DNA from: Malacoraja senta | Taxonomy: Eukaryota | DNA: 64,000 nucleotides | Direction of reading: 5' to 3' | Assembly (NCBI GenBank): GCA_038087875.1 | Contig: CM075994.1 | Span: forward strand, 5,520,001 to 5,584,000 | In this document: piece by piece, positions 1 to 12,034 of the stretch | How positions within the stretch are numbered: position 1 is the first letter of the stretch | Layout of the letters: every line of letters begins with the position of its first letter | Translations under genes and position numbers: made by a program | Notes under the pieces: generated by a model | Database searches by the model: none | Told to the model about the DNA's origin: nothing | Seen by the model: only the letters and a program-made list of their open reading frames with translations

Positions 1-2105
1 TGTATAAAAGCCAGCACACCAAAAGCTTTCTTTACCACCCTATCTACATGAGATTCCACTTTGAGGGAACTGTGCACAGTTATTCCAAGACCCCTCTGTT
101 CACCTGCATTCTTCAATTCCCTACCATTTACCATGTACGTCCTATTTTGATTTGTCCTGCCAAGATGTAGCACCTCACACTTATCAGCATTAAACTCCAT
201 CTGCCATCTTTCATCCCACTCTTCCAACCGGCATAAATCTCTCTGTAGACTTTGAAAATCTACTTCATTATCCTCAGCCCCACCTATCTTAGTATCATCT
301 GCATACTTACTAATCCAATTTACCACACCATCATCCAGATCATTGATGTACATGACAAACAACAGTGGACCCAACACAACCCAAACAACCATCCACCATT
401 ACTCTCTGGCATCTCCCATTCAGCGACTGTTGAATCCATCTTGCCACTCCACCATTAATACCCAACCATTGAATCTTCTTAACCAACCTTACGTGAGGAA
501 CCTTGTCAATGGCCTTACTGAAGTCCATATATACAACATCCACGGCTTACCCTTAGAGAGATTTTTCGGTCTGAACGAAATTTCGTTGCCTGCAGTCATA
601 CATATAATAATAAATGACAAAACACACAATAAACACAAATTAACATCCACCACAGTGAGTTCACCAGGCACCTCCTCACTGTGATGGAGGCAAAAGTCTT
701 AAAGTCTCTGTCTCTTCCCTCTTTGTTCTCCCTCTGCGCTGAGGCGATCCAGGCTTCTGATGCTGTGACCCCGCCGGGCGACGGTAAGCCAGTCCCGCGG
801 CCGAATCCGTGCTCCGCGACGGGCCGGCTCAAACTCCGCGGCCCGGGGTGGTCGAAGCTGCCGAAGCTGCCGCCCTCCAGTCCAGCGGACGCAGCTGTAC
901 TTGCGGGAGCCCCAGAAAAACAGGTCACCAACCTGTGACCTGCGCGCTCCCGACGATGTCGTCCACTGGGCCCGCGGCCGAGCCTCCGGATTCAGGTCGC
1001 CACCAGAAGTTGGCCAGCCTCGCGCTCCCGAAGATGTCGTCCACTGGGCCAGCTGCGGCCGAGCCTCCGGATACCCTCATCAATTTCCCGAGTAACCTCT
1101 TCAAAAAATTCAAGAAGATTAGTCAAACATGACCTTCCAGGCACAAATCCATGTTGACTGTTCCTAATCAGCCCCTGTTTATCCAGACGCTTATATATAT
1201 TATCTCTAAGTATCCTTTCCATTAATTTGCCCACCACTGACGTCAAACTAACATGTCTATAATTGCTAGGTTTACTCTTAGACCCCTTTTTAAACAATGG
1301 AACAATATGCGCAGTACGCCAATCCTCCAGCACTATTGCCGTTTCCAATGACATTTGAAATATTTCTGTCATAGCCCCTGCTATTTCTACACTAACTTCC
1401 CTCAATGTCCTGGGGAAAATCCTGTCCGGACCTGGAGACTTATCCACTTTTATATTTCTCAAAAGTGTCAGTACTTCCTCTTCTTTGAATCTCATAGATT
1501 CCATAGCTACTCTACTTGTTTCCCTCACCTCACATAATTCAATATCCTTCTCCTTGGTGAATAGCGAAGAAAATAAATTGTTCAATATCTCCCCAATCTC
1601 TTTTGGCTCTGCAGATACCTGTCCACTCTGACTCTCTAATGGACCAATTTTATCCCTCGTTATCCTTTTGCTATTAATATAGCTGTAGAAACCCTTTGGA
1701 TTTACTTTCACCTTATTTGCCAAAGCAACTTCATATCTTCTTTTAGCTTTTCTAATTTCTTTCTTAAGACTCTTTTTACATTTTTATACTCCTCAAGCAC
1801 CTCATTTACTCCATGCTGCCTATAATTATTGTAGATCTCTCTCTTTTTCCGAACTAAGTGTCCAATTTCCCTTGAAAACCATGGCTCTTTCCAATTTTTA
1901 CAATTTCCTTTCAACCGAACAGGGACATAAAGATTCTGTACTCTTAAAATTTCACCTTTAAATGTCCTCCATTGCTCTTCCACATCTTTCCCATAAAACA
2001 AACTGTCCCAATTTACTACTTTTAAATCCTTTCGCATCTCCTCAAAGTTAGCCTTTCTCCAATCAAAAATCTCAACCCTAGGTCCAATTCTGACCCTCTC
2101 CATAA
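1..2105 (-). mobile_element. CR1-clade LINE fragment (ORF2 post-endonuclease linker and RT), 5'-truncated, runs off the window's left edge, interrupted at 554-1071
   Basis: Minus-strand ORFs read KSPGPDRIFPRTLREV, NYRHVSLTSVVGKLME, QHGFVPGRSCLTNLLEFFEEVT and MDVVYMDFSKAIDKVPH. The DNA is near-identical to the reverse complement of 44795-46420. Confidence 0.95.
554..1071 (-). mobile_element. Non-autonomous GC-rich retroposon (5'-truncated) inserted in the CR1 RT
   Basis: Flanked by the direct repeat TACCCT (548-553 and 1072-1077); removing the insert restores the CR1 sequence. Internal ~80-bp tandem duplication at 939-1072. Its 3' part resembles 56915-57040. Confidence 0.8.
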
Positions 2106-2830
2106 TTAGGGTTCAGGGCAGGGCAGGTACACTGGCGTCACGACCAAGTTATTAAACCCATTGCAGAAGCCATGAGCATGGGAATCAGCAGCTGCAGACG
2201 AGGTCGCCCCACCACCCAGATGATTACCTTCGTGAAGGCAGGAGTGCAGCTGCCAATAACTACAGCAGCCAGGAATCCTGGCGACTGCGCAGGACTGGCA
2301 GATTTCTGTCCTGGTGAAACAGCTGAAGTTCCCACAGCGCATTGCCACGACCATCCTGAGGCCAGATATCCTCCTAGTCTCAGAGGCGACCAAAACTTCG
2401 TCTTGTTGAAACTAACAGTGCCGTGGGAGGACCGTCTGGTGGTGGCCCACGAGAGGAAGATGACCAAGAATGCAGAGCTGGTCATCGACTGCCGTAAGCA
2501 GGGCTGGAAGTCAAGGTGTATGCGCATCAAGGTTGGCTGCAGAGGTATTGCAGGGCAATCGCTCTACAAAGCCTTGAGTGCACTGGGCATCACTGGAGTG
2601 GCAAGGAGAAGAGCCACCAAGAACACCACAGAGGCAGCGGAGAAGGGCTCGAGGTGGTACTGGATCAGGAGAGAAGGTCCATGGGGAGGAGCGAATGCCA
2701 CCTGAACACAGGTCGTGTTCGGATCAACGGCTGTGTCGCTTGGGCAAGGGTGTCTGATGTTGAAAGACCCGAAACACCCAATGACCCCAGGTTACATCAC
2801 TGATGATGTGTTCAGGAACATCAATAGATG
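2106..2830 (+). mobile_element. 3' fragment of a HERO-clade non-LTR retrotransposon (restriction-like endonuclease and 3' UTR), frameshifted
   Basis: Across frames: QGRY.WRHDQVIKPIAEA, LKFPQRIATTILRPDILLVS, LKLTVPWEDRL..AHERK, KVGCRGIAGQSL, AAEKGSRWYW. These are the RHD / RPD / ELTVPWE / EVGCRG motifs of RLE elements. Stop at 2705. Confidence 0.88.
2748..2822 (+). ncRNA. Candidate non-circularly permuted hammerhead ribozyme in the HERO 3' UTR
   Basis: GGGTG-TC (2748-2754) pairs with GAAACACCC (2771-2779). TGATGT (2755-2760) pairs with ACATCA (2794-2799), which is immediately followed by CTGATGA (2800-2806). Stem II is weak. Confidence 0.6.
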
Positions 2831-3343
2831 TATTTTTATCAATACTATTTTTAACGGTGGAATATTTGTCGAATATCTGCCGGGAATTTAAGGATTGGTG
2901 GGAACACAGAGATGAATACCAATCATACTTCCTACAACGAGGAATGAATAGTTCAATATGCAAACTTAAACATGTCGTTCTCATGTTGGGAAATGTAAAA
3001 TTGTGGTTTATAATGTCCATGAGTCTTTAGCTTACCAGTTGGCAGGCAGGCTGCTTTATCTTCTAAAAAAATAAAGGTAACGATAAGTACATTTGCGCAA
3101 TGGATTCTGATCGGAACAGACCTTAATTTGATATCTGAGCTCGCCTGCACTTTTAAGCTTCGTGTCGGGGTTTTACGCTTCAAAACGGTAGTTTCAGACT
3201 GACATGCAGATCACGGTTCTGTACGCACGGACTACAGTACAACAGTCATTTTCTTCTCATTTTTACAGCTATCAATGTCATACCGAGTCCGAGGCTCAGT
3301 GGGAGTAAGGCGTGGGCGCAACCGGCGATATATCTTGTGTACG

Positions 3344-3532
3344 AACGAACTGCAGATGCTGGTTTAAACCGAAGATGGACACAAAAAGCTGGAGTAACTT
3401 AGCGGGTCAGACAGTATTTCTGGAGAAAATGAAAAGGTGACGTTTCTCCACCTCCATGCGAAAAGTCAACTAATAATTTTCTCCAGATATGCTGTCTCAA
3501 CCGTTGAGTTACTCCAGCGTTTTGTATCTTCG
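3344..3532. mobile_element. Degenerate inverted pair of Penelope pseudo-LTR-type repeats
   Basis: Left arm (acacaaaaagctggagtaacttagcgggtcagacagtatttctggagaaaa...ggtgacgtttc) is the reverse complement of the right arm (ttttctccagatatgctgtctcaaccgttgagttactccagcgttttgtatc). Same family as 54020-54240 and 63284-63860. Confidence 0.75.
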
Positions 3533-3624
3533 CCGAAATATCTTGTCTGCCTAAAGACTCCCTGTTTTTTGTTACAGAAATTCAGCTATCTCCGTGACGT
3601 CGATGGATTTAGAATGTAAATGAA

Positions 3625-3920
3625 CTCGAATTTCAGATACAGCGCGGGTACAGGAACACAAACTACGCGTGCACCAGCGATCCTCACGCACTATCACTAT
3701 ACTGCACACTCGGAACAATTTACGTGACAATTTGCAATACAATTAACCTAATATCCTGCACATCCTTGGAGTGTGGGAGGAAACCGCAGCACCCGGTGGA
3801 AGCCGGCGCAGGTCACGGGAGAACGTAGAAACTCCGGAGAGATAGCACAAGCAGTCGGGATCGAACACGGTTCGCTGGCGCTGTAAGGCAGCAAATCTAC
3901 TGCTGTGCCGCTGTGCCTCT
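3625..3920 (-). mobile_element. tRNA-derived SINE (HE1/V-SINE-like)
   Basis: Minus strand: A-box-like ggcacagcagtaga, B-box gttcgatccc, central core ggttttcctcccacactccaaggatgtgcagg, CR1-like tail ending gctgtatct. Confidence 0.85.
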
Positions 3921-5109
3921 CCGGGTTTTTTTGCATTAATTGACAGTTTGTTCTTCGTCAATTCATAACACAAATGTGTATCGCCTAATGTTTTTATGTT
4001 TTCTTATATATTTAAATGATTTAACTCAACACTAAAGCGTGTAAATTACACCAATGAACAGGTGGTTTTAATGAACCGCTTCAACGCTTCTGAGAGCTGT
4101 TGCATATCTAACCCCACTTGTCACATGCGGATTCAAGTTAACAGGAACCACCATTTGCTGTAATGTACCAACTGGCCTACATCTCCACCTAATGGCATTC
4201 TGTGAAATTATGGCATTCGGAATGATTGGACAAATAAAATGGTGGATAATTTTATTGTGCAGATTATTTTCAGCATCACCAGATTGTTTTAGCTGTTTAT
4301 TTATGATAGGTGATGCTCTGGCGTATACCGATATTCATCGTGTTTTCATCAATTCAGTGTCCTGCTACGTCGGACTACGTTGAAATATTCGAAATCAAAA
4401 ATTCAGCAGTCAACCTGCCGCTGACAAATTACATTTATTCTCAACGAGCTCCCGTATATCAGAAAACGCCTTTACCCTATTACGTATTTATTTTATTTTT
4501 TCGAAATTATAATTATATTGTTTACAATCTTGAATAAAAAAAGTCCTTTCATATACTCCATCATTTTCCAGTAAGGTTCTATTCCTTTCCTGGGCTTCCA
4601 TTTCACTCTTTTTCCTAATGAGAATGTTCACATTAGTTATGTTTCAATCCGTTTATATTCCAATTTGTTAGAATAATATTAAACTGTACCCACGTTATGA
4701 AAATGGTCAGTAGAGACTTCATTGTTTTGTGTGGCTACGTATGTCGACATGCAGCGACGGAGTGCATCAAGTCTTGGAATGTTTTATTCATATTATTTCC
4801 GATTACAGTTTCACATATTTACGTGATATTTACTTAATTTCTCCATATTCACAGAACCTTTGGATCCCCAAGACTTCAGTGACTGTTTTATCTTTTGCCG
4901 AGAAAAAACTGCATGGCATTTCTTGAATCCTTTGATATTTAATTATCTTCCCATTCCCCATGGGGAACCCTAGCCAAGTTTACCAATCTTGACATCATTT
5001 TATAGAAGCTTTTATATACAGGTCAATCATCCTTTCCACGTTAATAACAACTGAATTGTTGAACGTTGCGTTCCTGTCAGATTTATTTGGGAACATTTTG
5101 GGCTGATCA

Positions 5110-5492
5110 CATAGAAACATAGAAACATAGAAAATAGGTGCAGGAGTAGGCCATTCGGCCCTTCGAGCCTGCACCGCTATTCAATATGATCATGGCTGAT
5201 CATCCAACTCAGTATCCTGTACCTGCTTTCTCTCCATACCCCCTGATCCCTTTAGCCACAAGGGCCACATCTAACTCTTAAATATAGCCAATGAACTTGC
5301 CTCAACTACATTCTGTGGCAGAGAATTCCAGAGATTCACCATTCTCTGTGTAAAAAATGTTTTTCTCATCTCAGTTCTAAAAGATTTCCCCTTTATCCTT
5401 AAACTGTGACCCCTTGTTCTGGACTTCCCCAACATCGGGAACAATCTTCCTGCATCTAGCCTGTCCAACCCCTGTCCAATCAGCCTGTCCAA
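5110..5492 (-). mobile_element. HER1-type CR1 LINE 3' end, 5'-truncated
   Basis: (ATAGAAAC)n tail; 3' UTR nearly identical to 26601-26700; ORF end LDRLDAGRLFPMLGKSRTRGHSLRI. Confidence 0.93.
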
Positions 5493-5802
5493 CTGATTAA
5501 ACAATTCCCACCTCATCTCCTTCCTAATTGAACTTCCATTAATTCTGAGACTCCGACCTCTAGTCCTAGACTCTCCCACTAGTGGAAACATCCTCTCCAC
5601 ATCCATTCTATCCAAGCCTTTCACTATTCTGTACATTTCAATGGGGTCCCTCCTCAATCTTCTAAACTCCAGCGAGTACCAGCCTAGTGCCATCAAACGT
5701 TCATCACGTGTTAACCCGCTCATTCCTGGGATCATTCTTCTGAACCTCCTCTGGACCGTCTCCAGAGCCAGCACATCCTTCCTCATGTATGGTGCCCAAA
5801 AT
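5493..5802 (-). mobile_element. Older CR1 ORF2 C-terminal fragment
   Basis: MRKDVLALETVQRRFRRMIPG...YSLEFRRLRRD...SRTRGRSL. Confidence 0.85.
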
Positions 5803-5917
5803 CAAAGGAGAAACTTTCATGAATTTGGTACCAGAAACAATAAATTGGCAGGATATAAACCCCTATCCATAAGCTCAGGGAAAAGAGAGGAGGAGAGAGG
5901 GTGCTGTCCACTAGTGG

Positions 5918-6035
5918 TGTAACAGCTGGGAAGAAACTGCCCCTGAATCTGGAGGTTTGCGTTTTCATACCTTTTGCCCAATGAGAGAGGGGAGTAGAGG
6001 GATTGGCTGGGGTGTGACTCTTCCTTGATTAAGCC
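5918..6035 (-). mobile_element. Rex1/Babar-type LINE C-terminal fragment
   Basis: LIKEESHPSQSLYSPLSLGKRY and TSRFRGSFFPAV motifs. Confidence 0.7.
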
Positions 6036-6424
6036 ATGCCCAAAGGTTGCATGGATGTCAGTAAAGATGCCTGAATGTATACCCTCAACTCTCCTGCTCA
6101 CATCCCCCTCAGACCTCTTTAGCCCTCAGATCCCCCTCAGCCCTCACATGATGATAACCACATACGAATTATATTTAGATTATTGCGGTACAAGGCGAAA
6201 TCCTGGGATAGTCGGACAGGCATGGTTTTTTTATCATTCGCCATTTTCATAAGAGGGAAATAAGACAATGTATTCTACAGTAGCAGGAGCTAGAATGCTA
6301 GCACGCAGCGAAATTGTAGATAAAATGCTATTTTAAGGTTAAGTTCTCACCTGCTTCTTTAAGGCGTTTTTTTAATGCAAGTATTTCTGTACAGAAAATG
6401 TAAAATACGAATTAGTATCATAAG

Positions 6425-7310
6425 CTGTGTACGGTGGAGGTCCGCAACGACGAGTGTTCAGATATCTCTTGTTTGCGGTGTGTAGACAATAGACTAGGAC
6501 GAAGATGTCGATGGTTTGGTTTGTAGATATGCAGACGATTCAACAATTGGTGGAGGTGCGGACAGTGAAGGAGGCTGTCAACGCTTACTGCAGGATATAG
6601 AGCAGAAAGCGGCATTAGAGGAGAAATGGAATACGAAGTTTATTCGGACTGTGTGATCTGTTGCAAATTGGGAAGCCTAATGAAACGTGGAAGTGTGCTG
6701 TAAATTAAAGTATCGTTAACAACGCCAATGTACAGAGGGTTCTTAAGTTCTAAGTCCATATTTCACTCAAACTAGCGGCATTATAATTTTGGTTCGGGAC
6801 TATTTGGAGTATTGTGTGCAGTGTTGGTCGGAATATTGCATGATTAAAGTTAACGTTTTGGAGAGGATGAAGAAAATGTTGAGCAGAACCCTCCCTGGAT
6901 TACATTTGTATTTGACGTAAAGAGATTGAAAGTGTTTGTATTGTTTCACTGAAAATTCGGGGGCTGAGAGGTGACTAGGAAGATTAATACAGCATTATGA
7001 AAGGCATAGACACGGAAGAATGTCACCTCCCCCCCCCCCAGATTGTAAATTCTATATGTTTGAGGTGAGGAAGCAAATGAAAGAAGATGCGCGGAGGAAA
7101 CATTTACGCAGATGAAAGTTACTGCTTTGAGAGCGTTTCAGTGGCCGTGGTGGAATCAAGTACGGCAAGTGGCTTTAACGTTATTTTTGACAGACACAGG
7201 AATATGCAAGGATACAGGCAAAAAGGAGTATCATTATTTTGCATCATGTGTAGGAAAAACGTCAAAGGACCAACTGTTCCAATGCTGCACTGTTCTACGT
7301 CATATGTTGT
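6425..7310 (+). mobile_element. Highly decayed CR1 RT and 3' end
   Basis: Degenerate matches to the PQGSVLGP / FADD region (gcagacgattcaacaattggtgg), to ttggagtattgtgtgcagtgttggtc, and to a 3' tail gctgcactgttctacg. Confidence 0.7.
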
Positions 7311-10300
7311 ATTGTTCTCACGTTATATCGATTACATTAGATCGTGCAATTCGAATTTCTAAAATATTCGGACATATATTTTTTCTGACCGAGTAACGTG
7401 GAGATTAAAAACAAATAATGCTGTAAGTTACAAAATATACAACTAATTACATACATATAGAAATTAAGAATTCTGTACGGTTTCGATAAATTCGTGAGAG
7501 AGGATAGTGTTGCTATCGTGCTGTCGGGAGTCTGTAGACCTGTCGTCGCAATAGCAGCTAGAAGCACATGTTCTTAGCTGCGAGAAAGATAAATGGTTAT
7601 TAAGCAATGGGCGCTATATTACAGCAAGGAAATGGAAAATTATTCGCCAGGCTCCAATCACATATTTCTCAATGACCGGTTAAAATGAATTGTCCGATGG
7701 ACCAATTCGGCTCCAGATTCGCATTGCCGCCACGATTGGAAAATGTATTTCCAGTAACTAAGTAACAAAATCGTGGAAATCTCGTGTCTTTAAATGAGGA
7801 ATCACCTCTTTGATCAGCTGGAATCAACTGCAGGATTTTCAGCCCATAAGGTCTGAAGGATAGTTTTGCGGGAACGTAGCGTAAATTCAAGACCTACGGA
7901 TATTTTCCTGAGAAATTAATTCAGTAATCTTCTCGGGTTGAGACAATTGGCTTCCAATTCTTTTATTATCTTATTGTGCGAGAGCCCCTTTCGTCCATGC
8001 AACTGGATGTCATTAGATTTCACTTTCACAGGAGTATCGTACTAACGCATTTCGGACAATGCAGACATGAAATTAATATATTTGTTTCAGCACCATGGTA
8101 CAAATCGACACATTCAGTTTTCTTTGATTACAGGCAAGGGAAAGGTATTGTAGTTGAATGTTCACACCACGACAATATTTTCCATTGAAAAAAGTATATT
8201 TTTCTCCAAAACATTGTTCATGACATCTTTCCTTACTTTGCTGAAGATCATGACAGTTTGGCATTCCAATAAATAGCAGAATTGGATAGTTTTCCTTCCA
8301 AAACTATAATGAATAGTTTGCAGTGCAACGTCGCTACCATTTTCAAGCACCTACTAACGTGATAATACTATTCGCTACTATATCCTCATAAATAAACACA
8401 ACATGTTTTGAAGCGACTGTAACACATTATTTTAATATGCAAAATCCATGCAGGCTAACAAATTGTTACAATCCCCCATGAAATCATTCAAATGGGTGAC
8501 AAAAAAAAACATAATTGACATATATTATGGTTAAAAAATAATTGCTGCTGGTGGCAAATAAAATAAGGTTATGCATTTACCATCGTCTTTTTCCTTTAGC
8601 AGTTTTTCTGTTCGGAAAATACTTCAGAGTTTTATTTTGATCTTTACTAATTTCAGCTATATAGTTTTTTTAGCAGCTAATGTTTTGAAAGAACACTGTT
8701 ACTGCGAAAAAAACAATGTTTCATTTTTCACTGACAATAAACAAAATAATATGGTTTAAACGTTCTTAAAGACACTTAGAACTGCGTCAGTTGTTGAAAT
8801 AGCGCACTGCACACTATACTGCTTAGATACAATTGGAAACACCGTGATATTAAACAGATAAAGCATGGATAATTTCCTCATAACTGCTGAAACTAGTCGC
8901 AGTAAATTAGGCAGTCAATTGAGTGATTTACGAGCATCTGAGGACGTCAAAAAATACAGCAGGACAGAAAATGTATATACACACAGAATCCAAAAATGTT
9001 TCTCCGAATGCCGAACAATTGCAGGATACAGTTTGTAAAAATCTAAAAGCATATATTGGGTTATCAGTCCTACATTTCTGATTGTTTCGGATACGTGCTT
9101 GTGTCTCGTGCTTGAGTTCTCCTTGAGCAATGCCATACGTTTATGCCATCAAGGAAGTTGCGTCAAGGGATGTCGCCCCTTTGGAAATATGATTATGTTC
9201 ATTAGCAATGTAAACCCATTCTACATGTAACGAGGACATGTTGAATTGAATGGGATCCGCGACAGTGATTGAAAATGCAAGGGGGATACATTTAGTTCTG
9301 TTTTTCTTTCGATTAATGTAACGTTTTGGATTTCCTGTATTGGATATAATTGTATATGTATACTTGATTTTGTAATAATTTCAACCTTTTAATATGCATT
9401 CTACTTATTTATCTCCTTGCCTCTTCCTTCAACTGTTTGACGCCTTTAGTTAATAATGTCCTTGATTGCGAAGATGGCAGGTTTACACGATCTAACATGG
9501 AAAACTTCCTGCACAAGCTATCAGCCAAACCTTTAGTACTGGATTTCTATTTGCTCCAAGGGCCCATGCAAATGAGGCAAACGGTATCACGGCAGATTCA
9601 TGTGCGGCGGTTTTCACAGGAGGAGGGGGACAATGCAAGGAACATCATTGTATACCTATAATGAAAGCCTCCAGAAGCATAGATATTCTAAAAATTCATG
9701 GACATTTCGAATGAATTATTCTCGATACAATTACCAAAATGAATGATAGGTAAGTGTATCGTGGCTTTGGAATGTACAGAAGTTCGGGAAATTACGTTCA
9801 TAAGCACGCAAGACTTCAATTCCTGGAACCATGTAGGACAGAAAAAGGAGTTCTGGTTCTCTCGCCAATAACGACCGTGGAGTCTTTATCTACCTGTCCC
9901 ATGGTACTTCATAAGGCCTGTAACTAACTAAATACATGAAAATGCTACAGGAATGTAAATGCATCCGTGTCCCATTAAAGATTATTGCAGAAAATCACAA
10001 CAATACCCGTGATTATACTGCCGTGCGCAAATCTCCGTTACATTTCGACCTTGTTACCATGTACATGCTGCTTCAAGTTCTAATCTTACCAGTTATGGGA
10101 TTTAAAAACTATCTATCTCTTCTCGTGTGCGAAGCCAAATAACCGAATGGAAACGAGGCCGAAACGCCAATAAACCGAAACCGTACGAAGAAGAAACGCC
10201 TATTAACCGAAAGGATGGGACGACTAAATGCAAACTAACCGACAGGGCGGGACGCGTAAAACCCAAAGATCCGAAAAGCTGCGTCGCCTAAAAGCAAACT

Positions 10301-10649
10301 TACCGAATGGCAGCTCTGTCGAATCACCACGTACCCGAAAGGCGGCGTCGCCTGCAAGCCAAAGGACCGACTGCCGCTCAACAGAAAAGTCCAATAACGG
10401 ACATGACGTTGCCGGACGCGGGACATGTCAGCGATTGGTCCAGACCCCCGCGTCCATCACATCACTGTGAAGGGATGAACATTGTGCCACACCTCCGCTC
10501 CACCCGACCCGCATCCCGCTGAGGGTGACCGTGGGAGAATGGGGCTGTCCCGAGGAATGGGCAACTTCGGCCGCTTTCAATTTGGTGCTTGGGTTCAGTT
10601 ACCCAGTCACCTATGGCTTGTGTGGGAAAAAGGACCCCAACGCTCCCGT

Positions 10650-10985
10650 ATCCCCCTTCTCTCTCCCCTCTTCTCTCTCTCTCCCTCTCTCTCTCCCCAT
10701 TCTCTCTCTCCTCCTCTCTCACCCCTCTTCTCTCTCTCCCCTCTTTTCTCTCTCCTCCTCTCGTACCCCTCTTCTCTCTCCCCTCTTCTCTCTCTCCATC
10801 TCTCTCTCCCTTCTCTCTCTTCCCTTCTCTCTCTCTCCTCCTCTCTCCCCCCTTTCTCTCTCTTCCCTTCCCTCCCTTCTCTCTCCCCCTTCTCTCTTCT
10901 CCTCTCTTCCCCTCATCTCTCTCCCTCCTCTATCTCTCTTCTCTCTCTCCCCTTCTCTCTTTCTCTCCCCCTTCTCACTCTCCTC
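10650..10985 (+). repeat. CT-rich low-complexity tract within the left foldback arm (mirrored by GA-rich tracts at 11600-11795 and 12100-12205)
   Basis: Direct inspection. Confidence 0.95.
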
Positions 10986-11799
10986 CGTCTCCACCGGCGG
11001 GAGCGTCCCACAGTCACTGTCCGCGATGCACCGCCATCGGACCCCAATCCAACACCAGGGTGATCCCCCTCCGACTTCGAACACCTGTGCTCAAATTGAA
11101 ATCTCACATCTTTGCGAGGGATGGAATGGGTGTAAACACCGGCAAAAGCACAGGCCGTTAGGACAGGTAAATAATGCCTCCAGTTAATTAACCAAAAACT
11201 GGCTGCAGTCCGTGTGAAAATACAGCACCTACCAACAATGAAGTCACTGTGAAACCTGCGGCCGCAAGGACTTCCCACGGGACAGGGATTTAACTCGGCA
11301 TTAAAAATCTAAACATAGCTACATTAATTTTAAAACAAAACTGTTACATGTACAAATCGCGCTTACATTCGGCAAGATGGTTAGTTAAATAACTGGCATT
11401 ATTTCCCTGTCCTAATGCCTTTTGCTTTAGCCGGTGATTCCATCCATTCCATCCCTCCGTCGCAAATATGTGAGATTTCAATTTGAGCGCACGTATTTGA
11501 AGTCGGAGGGAGGGGGGAAATCACCCTGGTGTAGGGGTTGGGGTGCGATGGCGTTGCATCGCGGTCAGAGACTGTGGGACGCTCCCGCCGGTGGAGACGG
11601 AGGATAGAGAGAAGTGGGAGAGAAAGAGAGAAGGGAGAGAGAGGGGGAGAGAGGAAGGGAAGACTAAGGATGACCGAGAGAAGGGGAGTGAGAGGAGGGA
11701 GGGGGAGAGGCGGAGAGAGAGATGTGAGGGAGAGAGGGGGGCATAGAGAGAGAAGAGGGGAGAGAGAGGAGGAGAGAGAGAAGAGGAGAGAGCGATCAC

Positions 11800-12034
11800 C
11801 GTGGGCGGTCACGGTGGCACAGCGGTAGAGTTGCTGCCTGACAGCAAAATGCAGCGCCAGAAACCCGAGTCCGATCCCGACTACGGGTGCTGTCTCTATT
11901 GAGTTTGTACGTTCTCCCCGTGAGCGGCGTGGATTTTCTCCGAGATCTTCGGTTTCCACCCACACTCCAAAGACGTACAGGTGTGTGGGTTAATTGGCTT
12001 GATTAATTGGCTTGATAAAAATGTAAAATTGTCC
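11800..12034 (+). mobile_element. tRNA-derived SINE (HE1/V-SINE-like), 3'-truncated, inserted in the right foldback arm
   Basis: ggtggcacagcggtagagttgctgcc head, gtccgatcccgact B-box, ggtttccacccacactccaaagacgtacagg core. Absent from the left arm. Confidence 0.88.

Noticed and set aside
3269..3304. 36-nt plus-strand micro-exon with a good acceptor
   Set aside because: No recognisable peptide or partner exons; such sites occur by chance.
7320..10110. Host gene exons in AT-rich unique DNA (e.g. 8303-8237 on the minus strand)
   Set aside because: Only short ORFs with no recognisable domain and weak splice signals.
11800..11885. tRNA gene (also at about 3850-3920)
   Set aside because: SINE heads that continue into the SINE core; no complete cloverleaf.
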